From Vairimorpha necatrix (lineage: Eukaryota), in contig CP142726.1 of NCBI GenBank assembly GCA_036630325.1, forward strand, positions 1,178,001 to 1,242,000: a stretch of DNA of 64,000 bases, given 5' to 3'. This document shows, piece after piece, positions 35,026 to 47,284 of the stretch. Position 1 is the first letter of the stretch. Each line of letters opens with the position of its first letter. The translations under genes and the position numbers were made by a program. A model generated the notes under the pieces. That model did not search any database. It was given only the letters and a program-made list of their open reading frames with translations, and was not told the DNA's origin.

Positions 35026-38000
35026 TGTATAGATTCTCCATAATGGGGTTCAAAAATATAAGAATATAAAACATCCCCCCTCCAAGACGGTTAGTCTCCT
35101 ACGTCATCATCAACCCTAAGCAGATCTTTTAAGTCATAGTACCTCTTCTTAACTAATCGCTTATTCATTAATTTTAATACATAAGAATCCCCTGGACACA
35201 CAATCCTAATCGTCCCAATATCCAAAAACCTACCTTTTTCATACTTATTAGACCCCTTTAAATTTTCACTCTTCGTAACTCGCACTCTCTGTCCTTCGAC
35301 GAACTTGTCTATATATCTCTTTTTAAATCGACTACTATAATCTCCTTCTGGTCCATTTCTTAGCATTACATTGCCCGTATTATCTTTAACTGCCTCAAAT
35401 GGTGTGCATCTTAGACCTTCATGGTAACTATTATTATAAATCTCAAAGGCCTTCATAACTCTTTCTTCAAAGCTATTTTTGGGATTCATTTTTAAAACAG
35501 ATTCTTACAACGTACCAATAACTCTTTCAACTCTCCCATTGCTTTTATGTGATTCAATACTGGTCTTTCTGTGAGTTATATCCAACTTTCTGCATAACTC
35601 TCGAAATTCCTCATTTGCAAATTCTCTTCCATTGTACGATATGATTTCTTTTGGTCTTTTACCATTTCTACACAAATTTTCTATAAATCCAGTTATCGAG
35701 CTAGCACGCTTATCTTTCAACACGCAACCCCATGCGACTCTCGTATAGTAATCAATGACCACTAAAACGAATTTCTTCAAATCTCTATAATCGATTAAAT
35801 CTATTGCCACCTTTTCTAGGTATCTACTTGTCGCAATAAAATCGCATCCTCCTGATTTTTTCCTATTGTATTTTTGGCATTTTTCACATTTTTTTTATCA
35901 TCATCTTTATATCTTATTTAATTCCTGGCCAATAATAGTCAAACTTCATAGCACAATAGACACTTCCTAGTCCTCTGTGGGCCTGTTCTTCGTGGTACCT
36001 CTTCATTAACTCTAACCTATCACCTATTGCAGGTATTTCCGCTCTACGGCCAAAATCAAAATTCTAGTACTCCTTGTCCCCGACTTTCTCAACATGCTTT
36101 AACCATTTTCCCGCTATCTGTTTTTCTGTTCTTTGTCTAATCACTTCTCTCTTCGGTTCATTTACCTCATGAATCCTGCTCAATGCATCAGCAACAACCA
36201 TCTGATCGGGTTGCCTGTACTCGATTTCAAAATCAAACTCTTGGATCATCTCTATCCACCTGTTAATCCTACTATTATTATTAAAACATGGCTTTCTTCT
36301 TATTTCTGCTAAAGCCTTATGATCAGTTTCAACCTTAAACTTTCTTCCTCCCAATTCATACTCAAACTTCTTTATGCCCCAATATACGGCATTCATCTCT
36401 TTCTCGCTAATTCCGTATCTAGTTTCATTCTGAGTAATTTTTTTTGATGCCCATTGTACCGGCACCCATTTCTCTTTTTCATTTTTCTGCATAAGTACAG
36501 CTCCCATACCAATATTACTCGCATCCGTTCTTAATAAAAATTCTTTCTCGTAATTAACAATCCTCAATTTCCCTAAATTCTTAAGCACTTTTTTCATATT
36601 CTCAAATTCAATATCCAACTCCTCAGTCCAATTCCAACTTTTGTTTTTCCCTCTTAAGCAATCTGTCATGTGTATCGTTTTCTCTGCGTAGTTCTTTATA
36701 AATCCTCTGAACCACCCAATTAATCAAAAAATCTTTTGACGTCGGTTACATTATGCGGCTTCGGAAATTCTAATGCTTCATTCTTTTTTATCTCTGATGG
36801 CATCATATCCTGCCCATTCAATATTACTCCTAATAATTTAACCTCAGATTGACGATACTGTATCTTCTTTGAGTTTAATCTCATGTTATTCTCTTCTAAC
36901 AGTCTAATTGCCTCTAAAAACAATTTGTCGTGTTCTTCTCTAGTCTTGGCATATATCACAATATCATCCATTAAACTTCTATTCCTCTTCCCAAATACTT
37001 CTCAAAAATCTTATTCATAATCCTTTGCATGATCTGTGGCGAATTTTTAAACCCCATGACAATGCTGTTCCACTCGTATACTTTCTTATCAAACTCAAAC
37101 GCGGTCTTATGCTTATCCGCTTCTTCTATCTCAACCCCCAAAAAGGCTTCTTTAAGGTCAATAACACTCATAATCTTAGAGCCTTGCGTAAACCTAATAA
37201 TATCCCTGATGTTACACAACTCATATGGATCCTTCTCTACTAAATCGTTCAGGGCCATAAGATTACTGACCAAACGTATGCTCCCATCCGGCTTAACTAT
37301 AGCCTTTATCGGATTCCGCCATTCAGAGGTTGATCATTTAATTACATTTCTTTTCTCTAAATCCTCTAAGTGCTTCATTAATTCGTTTTTATGCGCTTGA
37401 GGAATCATCTGTCCCTTCCTAACGACTTTTTCCCCTGCTTCTGTCTTGATTTTATATTTCTATTTTACAATACTTAATTTTCCCCTTATTTTCGTCAATC
37501 ACGTTTTTAAATTTTTTCTTAACATCTTCTAAAGTCAGCCCCTTGAATGTTGTCGTCTCATAACCTCTCTTCTTAATGTCTTTAACAATTCCAGTTCGTT
37601 TCCATGGTGAACCTGGCCTAACTTCTATCTGTTTCTTTTGCCTTTTACCAGCCCACGTATTCCTGTAATATCTTCCATCGCTGCCGTTGTTGTTCTCTTG
37701 ATATATCTTCTCACATTCTTGTTTATTTCTCTCCTCTCTGTATCTATTATAACATATATTACTTTTATGTCCTAATCTTTCACAATAAAAACATCACATA
37801 TACCTCACATACCGTCTCCTACGCTCTATCTCCTCTGTATATATTTCTTTCGTCAACTTCTTTGTGACCACTTCAATCATTCTAAATCTCTCTTCTCCGT
37901 CTTCATAATCTTTTACAATCTCTTTTAGTCGTATTCCTATCATGTCATGATGATCCTCTAAACTTATATTCATAACCATAAAAATTTTCAGCTCCAAACT

Positions 38001-38199
38001 TCCCTTTTCAAAAATAATTTTCTTCAAATCTTCATTGCTTCTACACTCAATAACTTTGATCTCATACATAATAATCTTATATTCTTGCAATGTTTTCTGG
38101 CCTCTTGACCACAGCCAACACTTGTTAACACACGATTTGGTATCGCCCCCATGTATTTATTCTCCATAATGGGGTTCAAAAATATAAGAATATATAACA
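35026..38199 (-). mobile_element. Degenerate Ty3/gypsy retrotransposon with 48-bp LTRs
   Basis: LTRs at 35026-35073 and 38152-38199 (TG...CA, 3 mismatches), PBS TGGGGGC and PPT GGAGGGGGGA. Frameshifted fragments of gag, RT (IDLKEAF, GFKNSP, MDDI), RNase H (LRTDAS) and integrase (VVIDYYTR, SNGRVER). No TSD. Confidence 0.92.
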
Positions 38200-39559
38200 T
38201 AAAATAATAACTATCACAACGAAAATGTATTATTTCGGCCAAGAACACATTAAGAGCAAGATAACATGTATTTATAAGGAGTAAATGGTAAACATGCAAA
38301 CACGGGGTTTCTTTTTTTTAAAATTCTATGTTTTCCAATACACATAAAAATCATCACAATATGAGACGGAATAGTGTGTATAAGTTAATAACGCGAATTT
38401 ATAAAAAAATAGAAAATATGTTAGTTCTACAATTGGCAAGCTAGATAAATAAGAATTTAATGAAAATTTTATAAACTGGATTAATATTATAGTTAAAATA
38501 GATGAATAAAAAAAGAGAAAATACGTATCACAGGAAAAGATTTTAAGGGGGTTTGATGTTTTGTAATGATGCAAAGAATTATTACTAATAATACATTATA
38601 GTTTCAGTAAATAAAATAAAACGCAGCACTCCAATGGTCAATTATATTAAATTCGTTTTGTGATTCTATAATTAATTTTTATAAAAGGCGTGCTTTTTTT
38701 AAAAAAAAAATTATTATTAAGAACATAAGATTGATAATTACAGATTGCGTCAGAGAATTATTGTATGGGATTGTACTAATACTATAAAAGAATTGGGGAC
38801 TATAAAAACCATCTCTACAAATGAAAATTACGAATTTTTCCACAAAGTTAAAATATTTGACTTAATATATCATACGAAGAAAAGAAAAATGTAAATTTAT
38901 ATAAAACTTTTTGGCGAATATGTTTTTAATATTTCTTTATGTTATAAAATATCATATATCTGTCTTCATTTTCTTTTTTAATAATTTTTTTCACACTTTG
39001 AAAATCCAAAATTTTTTTTCAAAAAGATTTTCACATAAAGTTGAATTCATGGAAAATAGGTGGCTTTAACACCAAATTAATTGTTGTATTCTATTAAAAA
39101 AATAACTATAAGTAATTTTAAAAAGACATAATAAACGAGTAAACTAAAAATAGTGAAAACATATAAATACACAGTTAAGTATGATTTTCATTAAAGATGT
39201 CTAAAACAAGATATAATAGTGCTATTTATTTTGCTAAATGTACGCGCCCTTAGGAATGTACAAAGAGGAATCATTTAGTTAAATATCAGAGAAATAATGT
39301 TTATGTAACAATTTAAAAAATCTAAAAAATACAATATTTAGTTTGTAATATGTCATGGTAATCACAAAAATTATTTGTATACTTTTGCCATAATTTTGAA
39401 GATATAAGGCGAAAATCAAAAAAAGAATCGTTTTTTATTTTTTTAAATGTACTATATAAGACTAAACAACTGTGTAATTTTTTAGTAAAACACGAATATA
39501 ACATTAAAGTCAGCTTAAGTTACCAAATTCCGATATAGCTTTTTTTTTGTTTTTTATAA

Positions 39560-40450
39560 AAATGGAGGAAAGTAAATGATGAGGAAGAAACAAAAACTAA
39601 AGTAGAATAAATAATTTAAAAATCTACAAACACTGAAGTGTTGTTTTTTTTTGAACCATATTTCTAATTAAATTTTGAGCTTTTGACGGATCTGTTTCTA
39701 TTTTCTACAATATTATTTAAAGAGATCGCCATTTACCTTAATGGAATTGGTATGAGCTATTACATCTAAATCTCTGCAATATATAAAATGATTTACTATA
39801 TGATGTTGGTTAAATATAGTATTTAAAGAATGATAGGCTTCTGTATATCACTCTATATTGTGATGCTTAAACTTAATTATTTAAAAGAAGCACAGTAAGT
39901 CTGTTTTTATCTCTTTTCTAATATATTTGTACAATTCTACATTAAATGATACGTTTTTCATTCATAAACACTAAAAATTTCTATTATTTTATCCTTAGTT
40001 TATTCTTTCCGATCTTAGTATCATCAATTTCTACAATTATATTCTCGCCACCTGGATTTTCTATACTAGAAAAATAATAATTATAAAAGTATTTTTTTAA
40101 CACTTTTAAATGCTGCAGCATTTGATTTTTTGAATCGCAAAAAATTTGAGAAAATACTTACGAAGATAGCCAAGAATCTGCATTTTAGTACTTGTAATGT
40201 TGTAATGTAATATAGCCTATAATCTTGTAACTAAATTTGATCTTATATAGAATTTGTAATTTAACATATACTTCATGAATACCTTATAATACTTCTGTTT
40301 TTTCCTCTTTGTTTCATTTTAGAATTAAATACTCCAATTTTCATTATTTAATCATTATATAAGATCGCTATTTCTTCTCTTGTTCGCATTATTTTCTCCA
40401 GTTTTTAAAAAAGAGGCAAACACTTCCCCCATATCAACATCCTAACTAAA
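39560..40450 (-). mobile_element. Decayed Merlin/ISXO2-like transposase (same family as 5070-6240)
   Basis: GGENIIVEIDDTKIGK motif. It shares aaatgatgaggaag(g/a)aacaaaaa and atatgatgttgg with the 5.1-5.9 kb relic. Confidence 0.75.
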
Positions 40451-41857
40451 GCCGACTTTGGCCAATAAATGTTCTATTTTCGATAAATAATGCGTCGTTT
40501 CGATTTATTATGTGTTTTAAATTTTATTTTTAGAATTGATTATCTGAATTTACTTGATTTTTCTGCATATTATTGAAAAATAACAAATGCGTTATCCACT
40601 CATTCAAGAAAAATCAAAAAAAAATCTTTCTAGAAAAAAAATTATTACTATAACGAAAACAGATATTTTTGTAAAATTTTTGTCAAGAAAGCATCCCGAT
40701 TACCGTTATATCTCGAAAAATTACATAAAAATTATCATCTAGTGCTATTGAAGCATTTCACTTTAGCTTATTACCAAAAGAAAAGCAGAAGTTTTAATTT
40801 TAAACTTTATTTGGCAATTTAAAGCAGAAAAAAGTGGAATAACAAAAAACTAAAAAAAAATTTAAGGTATAATAAAGTAGCATAATATTTGAAAACAAAA
40901 ATTCTTATTTTTATGTTTTTTAAACTCATAAATATTTTCCTATTTACTAAGAATTATCTTTACTATGCATTGGATTCTTAAAAAAGATAATACTTGATCA
41001 ATCTTATTAAAATAAATAGAGAGCACTGGCAAGATGCATAAACAACATAAACTCTTAGATTAATCACTTTTCCGCTCTAAAAATGAAGTGCAAAAAGGAG
41101 CAAGAAGGAAACAAAACTTGTTAAGTACTTATGGTTGAAAAAAGTAAATAAATCTGTTGTGTTTAAAATTAATTAAAAGGCAGAAGATCTGATTAACATT
41201 TTATTACTTGTAAAGGAGTTTATAAAATTAAGCTGGGATACGAAACACCTCTCCATAGATGGTATTTACAATAAATTTACCAAAAAAGGAGCGCAAAAAA
41301 GGAGAAGCAAACAGTAGCACTTAAAATAAACTATCTTCAAACATTAAAGATATCAATTCAAATTTATATATATATATATATGTCTATAATATTTAATAAT
41401 AAAATATGCTATTAAACTTTTTGATCTAATTAATGCTAATTATTTTATAAGCATTTTTTTTCATTAAAAAATTTGCTAGATTGTAGAATATGCGTTAAAT
41501 TATTCTTGTCTGTCTGGTATTCCTTTTTTTAAAAGTTGGTCTAGTATATAAGAAGATTTATGAAGAAACCCTTTATATATACTAAATCAGCAAAAAAAAG
41601 AATATTGAAAGGTTAAAAGGTCGTAAAACTTTAAATAATTGCAATGCAATGATAAAATATTTGTTTTCTTAGTATAAATATATTCCTTTGTTATTTTTAA
41701 TGTCACAAGTACTTAGAAAGTTTAATTTCCCACTTGCTCCTCCGTTTTTTTAACTTCATTTTTGGATAAAAAATAAAGAGAAACATCCTCTAAAAAGGGC
41801 TGATTGCCATTTTGCCCCTTTTTAGTATATAAAAAAAAATTTTATTTAACCCCCATT

Positions 41858-43504
41858 ATGTTCATCATGCATTTCTTTTCAATGATTGTTTTTACACAAG
41901 CAGAACTTAGCCCGTTATACGAAGCTATAAAGAACTGGTGGAACGAAAAAATTAAAGGTGGGGATTATTGGCCACTTGATACTACGAAAATATATTATCA
42001 AGCATACATAAAACCAAGATTCCAAAATTCCGACGGATTTTATAGTTGGAATTCGCGCTTATATTTTGAAGAGCGCAATCATAAACGTGAAGAGGATTTG
42101 TTAACAAATATTAAATGTGAAAAAAGTCTCCCATTAAAGATTCTTGTTGATGAATATGAGAAAGAGCTGGCGAAAATTTGGAAGAAGAAAAAAATAGATA
42201 ATTTTTTTCTAGTATACAACGTTGAAGATTTAAACAAGTTCATAGATTCTAGTGAATCAATAACATTTAAAGAAGTTATAGAAGAAATTCGAAAAAGAAA
42301 TAACGAAAGAAAAGAAACAAAAACCAAAGATCAATTTTATTTTAAAGAAATTTATGAAGGAGATAAGTATAAGGAAAAGCATTTTTTTGACATGATTAGA
42401 TGTGAACCATATTTTAAGTTTAATTATTGGGCGTCCCCGTCTAGTACAAACACGCAGCCCAATTATTGTTCAAAAACAGAAATCCTTGACGGCATTTTAT
42501 TTAGGATAAAAATAAACGAAACTCACTATTGTTTTGAACTTTCTAAGAAAGAAATAATTAACATTGTAAAAGAGTGTCTAAATGAGAAAGAAGTTATATA
42601 TCAGATGTGTTTTGATTTATACGAAGATACTTTATATATTAAAGATTCTGATAAAATTTTGGATTTATTTGCAGAGTATAAATCGTATGGTTTAAAAAGT
42701 ATACCTCGATACACGAAAAACTGCGAATTAAATAATTTAGTAAAAGATAAACAAGATATACTTCAATGGTATAAGAAAAATAATATCTCAAATTACACAG
42801 ATCAGAATTTGGATTTTGAAAGTATGAAATATTTGGAAAAAATCAAAGATCTAGCAGAAAGTTTAAATCTTAAAAGAATTGAGGCATTTGATATATTATT
42901 GAAAAGTGAAGAAATTGGGATTCTCATAGAAAAAGTTCTTCTAAGATCGGGAGCTCGCTTGGATGCATTATTTGGATATTTATTAGTAGTCGAGAAAATA
43001 ATTAGCAGAGATGATTTAAATAACTACATAAATAATATCTTAGATTATAAAAATAGCATTATACTCAAGTTATCTGACAGAATGAATAGAAAATTTAGTT
43101 TAATTGTGATTTATCTATTTGTCGAAGCAGAAAGATATATTAATGAACAAGAGGTAGTCGGGAAAACTTTTCAAATTTTGAAAGAAATTGGAAATATTAT
43201 GGAAAATGGTCTGATTAAAAGCGGAAAAGGACCAAATCAAACGATCCAATATTTAAATCTGGTTGATATTATGAATAAAGTTTTCGCAAAACAAAGTGAA
43301 AATATTGAAGTTTATGGAATATATAATATATACAATATTATTTCACTATTAGCAGATTCTAATTCTCGACTTGATAGATTTTATTTAACAAGATACAAGG
43401 AAAAAGTGGATAAAAATGGTATTATTAAAAACCTTAAGCTTGACGAAAATAAAGTAAAAGAAGATAACAAGAAAATGATGGACAAACTAAAGGGATCTAT
43501 CTAA
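41858..43504 (+). CDS. Secreted multigene-family protein, copy A (548 aa)
   Basis: ATG follows CCCCCATT. The N-terminus is signal-peptide-like (MFIMHFFSMIVFTQA). Two paralogs lie in the window. Confidence 0.9.
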   Translation: MFIMHFFSMIVFTQAELSPLYEAIKNWWNEKIKGGDYWPLDTTKIYYQAYIKPRFQNSDGFYSWNSRLYFEERNHKREEDLLTNIKCEKSLPLKILVDEYEKELAKIWKKKKIDNFFLVYNVEDLNKFIDSSESITFKEVIEEIRKRNNERKETKTKDQFYFKEIYEGDKYKEKHFFDMIRCEPYFKFNYWASPSSTNTQPNYCSKTEILDGILFRIKINETHYCFELSKKEIINIVKECLNEKEVIYQMCFDLYEDTLYIKDSDKILDLFAEYKSYGLKSIPRYTKNCELNNLVKDKQDILQWYKKNNISNYTDQNLDFESMKYLEKIKDLAESLNLKRIEAFDILLKSEEIGILIEKVLLRSGARLDALFGYLLVVEKIISRDDLNNYINNILDYKNSIILKLSDRMNRKFSLIVIYLFVEAERYINEQEVVGKTFQILKEIGNIMENGLIKSGKGPNQTIQYLNLVDIMNKVFAKQSENIEVYGIYNIYNIISLLADSNSRLDRFYLTRYKEKVDKNGIIKNLKLDENKVKEDNKKMMDKLKGSI

Positions 43505-44366
43505 GAAAAAAAAATAAAGGTCTTTTTTAAACATTTAATTTAACATTTATTGCGGTTAGATCTATGTATTTTTAATGTTTATTTTTCCTTCTGATTATCA
43601 AGTTTTATAAATTGTTTGTACATTTTAAAAAAATATTTTAAATTATACTACATCTCTGCAGTCAAATAGCATATAAATTTCAGGTTAAAAAACGAATGAA
43701 TTGTGTTGCAGGATCGCAATTTATCGGATTTATCTTAAGAGCATAGTATTAAATCTGTTTATATGAGTGCAGCTTTCTCTGACATCTCTAGCATGTTATT
43801 ATATGCAATTCAAATAGCCTCCCAAGACATAATAGAGACTAAATAATAATTCTATAATTATAACTCAATCAAGTTAAAAATTTGTGTTTTGCACCAACCA
43901 CGACATTGCGCATATTTATTGTTCTATTTTACAACCGTTTTCCATGTCGTGACGCATAAGCAAAACATACCTTCAATAATGCAATAGATCTGCAAGTTGT
44001 TCTTAAAATTTCCAAATCCATCATGTTAAGCCTTTAAAAATTTTTTAGGCTTTGTTGTGCGTTATTATTCTTTTTATATCAGAATTTTCGTTCTATTGTT
44101 TGTACAAACGAATTTTTTGTCATTGTAGGTCCCAACTGTGTTTTTTGCCTATACTGTCATACACGCACTATAGTTTTATCGGACAATATTATTGTTATTG
44201 TATAATAAAATTTGAACCCCCAGCCCTTGGCGCTTCTTTGGTATTTGCTGAATCCAAGACAACTCCCTTGTAATAGAAAAAATAGAAGAAATAGGAAAAA
44301 ATAGTAGAAATATAATTTAGTTAAATAAATTTGATAATAAATCAATATCACAACCAAGAAACTCAT

Positions 44367-44640
44367 TTAATCGTCACCTTTACAATAACTTTTACGTGAC
44401 ATAAATTCAATAAGCCAAGTATCTTTTTTTATACGCTTAATTATGTTCTTTGGCATTGCAGATTTTACTTGCACTAAATGCTCTATATTGTTGGTATAGA
44501 TTCCAACTAGAGATCTAAACTCGATAGAGAGGTTTACAGCCCTATGCACGAGGCAAAAATTTCGAATCACACCTAGATAACTTGGATGACCATCAATATG
44601 TAAAATTGAACCTATTCCTATTTTACACTTATAAGTCTCT
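44367..44640 (-). mobile_element. Merlin/ISXO2-like transposase C-terminal fragment
   Basis: IGSILHIDGHPSYLGVIRNFCLVHRAVNLSIEFRSLVGIYTNNIEHL resembles GSIIHTDG..SY...H..VNHS..F....G.HTN.IE.LW. Confidence 0.8.
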
Positions 44641-45634
44641 GTCGAACACTCGGCGGTCTTACTCTCCGCTCTTTTAATTTTAAAGTTTTTTTTTTTTTTT
44701 TTTTGGGGGGGGGGGGAGAATATCAGCTTTTATATTGCCTAATATCCAAACTATGTCAGAAATTTAATCGTCTGAACTTGTTAAATATCTTATTTTACAT
44801 TTTCTACAATTAATTTACTCATCAAGTAGGACAATTTTAGCAGTCCACCAATAATTAGACTAAAGACATGCATTTCTAAAAAAAATTTTTAATAAGTTTT
44901 TTTTTCATAAACACCTTCGATAATGATACTTCCAATTATACTTCTAATGAAAAATAGCTACTTCTACATAGAATTAGATATATACATTCGCAGTAATCAT
45001 TCGAGGGCAACTTGCTTACTTTATTTACTAATAATTTTGCACTTTGCGAATGGTCGTATGCCTGTATACTGCGCTTCTAATCTCTTCTCATTGAATATTA
45101 CTCATTTCACAACTTCACTGCATTTAAAACATATTTTCTGTTCAATCAACACGTATAACTCAATCAATGATTCTAAACAATTGTCAATACTGTAAAAAGG
45201 CCTCTGTACTGGCTTGATTTTTTCGTGCTTTTCTTCGGTATTTGATTAAAAATTCAATATTCAAATTTTTTTATTAAGGATTCGGAATTTTTTAATAAAA
45301 ATTCCGATCAAAGATCAAAAAGCGCCCTTTTTAATCTATTTTTTAAGGTATTTATTAAAAAACCTTTTATATACTAGACCAAGAAAAAAAAATACTGAAA
45401 AGTTAAAAGGATCGTATATATTTAAATAATTGCAATACATACTTTAATATCTGTTTTCTTTACTAATATACATTTGTTTTTTTAACTTCAAAAGTGCTTA
45501 AAATTTTTTGTCTCCTTTTGCTACTTTTTTACAATATTTTTTATAGAATTATAAAAAAAAGTAACACGCTTTGAAAGGGAGCTTTGGGCATTCTGCTCTT
45601 TTTTTTAATATAAATAATGTTTTTTGACCCCATT

Positions 45635-47284
45635 ATGTTTATCATGCATTTCTTTTCAATGATTGTTTTTACACAAGCAAATCATAAATTGTTTTACGAA
45701 ACCATAAAGAACTGGTGGAACGAAAAAATTAAAGGAGGGGATTATTGGCCACTTGATACTACGAAAATATATTATCAAGCATACATAAAACCAAGATTCC
45801 AAAATTCCGACGGATTTCATACTCGGACTTCGCGCCAATCTTTTGTATGGAGCATATACGAACATGAAAACTATTTGTATACAAATATTAAATATGAAAA
45901 AAGTTCTGCATTAAAGATTCTTGTTGATGAATATGAGAAAGAGCTGGCGAAAATTTGGAAGGAGAAAAAAATAGATAATTTTTTTCTAGTGTACAACGTT
46001 GAAGATTTAAACAAGTACATAGATTCTAGTGAATCAATAACTTTTAAAGAAGTTATAGAAGAAATTAGAAAAAGAAATAACGAAAGAAAAGAAACAAAGA
46101 ACAAAGATCAATTTCATTTTAAAGAAATTTATGAAGAAGATAAGTATAAGGAAAAGCATTTTTTTGAGATTATTAGGAACGAGTCAGAAATGAACATTGG
46201 TAGCGAAAAATACAGAAATAGTTCATACACGAACCTCACTTATTACTCTAAAAAAGCTGTAAAATATGACGGCATTTCATTCAGTAGGTTTTTAAACAAT
46301 ATTCACTATTGCTTTTATATATCCAATAAAGAAATACTAGACATAGTAAAACGGCGTTTAAAAGAAAAAGAGGCCATTTACCGGATGTGTTTTGATTTAT
46401 ATGAAGATATTTTTTTTGTAAGAGATTCAAGCATAATTGCTGATTTTTTTACAAGTAAAAAGGGGGATATTTCATGTGTTACACGCCCTTGCATGAAAGA
46501 CTGCGAATCAACTGAATTAGTAAAAGATAAACAAAGTATACTGCAATGGTATATTAAAAATGATATTAAAATTCCTACAGATCAGGAATTTTATCTTGAA
46601 AGTATGGAATATCTTGAAAGAATCCACGGTCTAATAAAAAATACAAACTACAAAGTGATCGATGCATTCAATATATTATTGAAAAGTAAAGAAATTGAGA
46701 TTCTCATAGAAAATATTTTTATGAGATCAGGAGATCGGCCGGATGCATTATTTGGATATTTTTTAGTCAAAGACAACATAATTACCAAATATGATTTAAA
46801 TGACCTATTAAAGAAAAAAGTTTTTCATAAAAATCGCATTACACCAAAGATATCTAACAATATGAGGACAAAATGTAATTTAATTAAGATATTTCTATTT
46901 TTTGAAGCGGAAAGATATATAAATGAACAAGAGGTCGTCGGGAAATCTTTTGGAATTTTGAAAGAAATTGGAAATACTATGGAAAATGATTTGGTTGAAA
47001 GCGGAAAAGGGCCAAATCAAACCGCCCATTTGAATTTAATCGATATAATGAATACAGTAATTGCAAAACAAAGTGAAAATATTGAAGTTTATGGAACATA
47101 TAATATATACAATATTATTTCACTATTGGCAGAATCAGAATTTCAGGAAAAAAATAATTATAAAACAGAATACATGAAAGATGCAAATAAAAATGATATT
47201 ATTAAAAATTATAACATTGACGAAACTAAAATAAAAGAAGACAACAAAAAAATCAGGGTTCAACTTGCGAGAACTAGCCAATAA
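45635..47284 (+). CDS. Secreted multigene-family protein, diverged copy B (549 aa)
   Basis: Same signal peptide and CCCCATT-ATG context as copy A, with blocks identical to it. Confidence 0.9.
   Translation: MFIMHFFSMIVFTQANHKLFYETIKNWWNEKIKGGDYWPLDTTKIYYQAYIKPRFQNSDGFHTRTSRQSFVWSIYEHENYLYTNIKYEKSSALKILVDEYEKELAKIWKEKKIDNFFLVYNVEDLNKYIDSSESITFKEVIEEIRKRNNERKETKNKDQFHFKEIYEEDKYKEKHFFEIIRNESEMNIGSEKYRNSSYTNLTYYSKKAVKYDGISFSRFLNNIHYCFYISNKEILDIVKRRLKEKEAIYRMCFDLYEDIFFVRDSSIIADFFTSKKGDISCVTRPCMKDCESTELVKDKQSILQWYIKNDIKIPTDQEFYLESMEYLERIHGLIKNTNYKVIDAFNILLKSKEIEILIENIFMRSGDRPDALFGYFLVKDNIITKYDLNDLLKKKVFHKNRITPKISNNMRTKCNLIKIFLFFEAERYINEQEVVGKSFGILKEIGNTMENDLVESGKGPNQTAHLNLIDIMNTVIAKQSENIEVYGTYNIYNIISLLAESEFQEKNNYKTEYMKDANKNDIIKNYNIDETKIKEDNKKIRVQLARTSQ

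Larger units (their letters stand above)
38198..44035 (+). repeat. Segmental repeat unit, copy 1 (~5.8 kb, near-identical to 58166-64000)
   Basis: Colinear near-identity at an offset of ~19,965-19,968 bp. Confidence 0.97.

Noticed and set aside
41804-41857. Upstream starts given by the ORF track (41804, 45617, 52456, 53027, 61769, 9334)
   Set aside because: They are non-ATG or lie upstream of the CCC motif, so the downstream ATGs were used.
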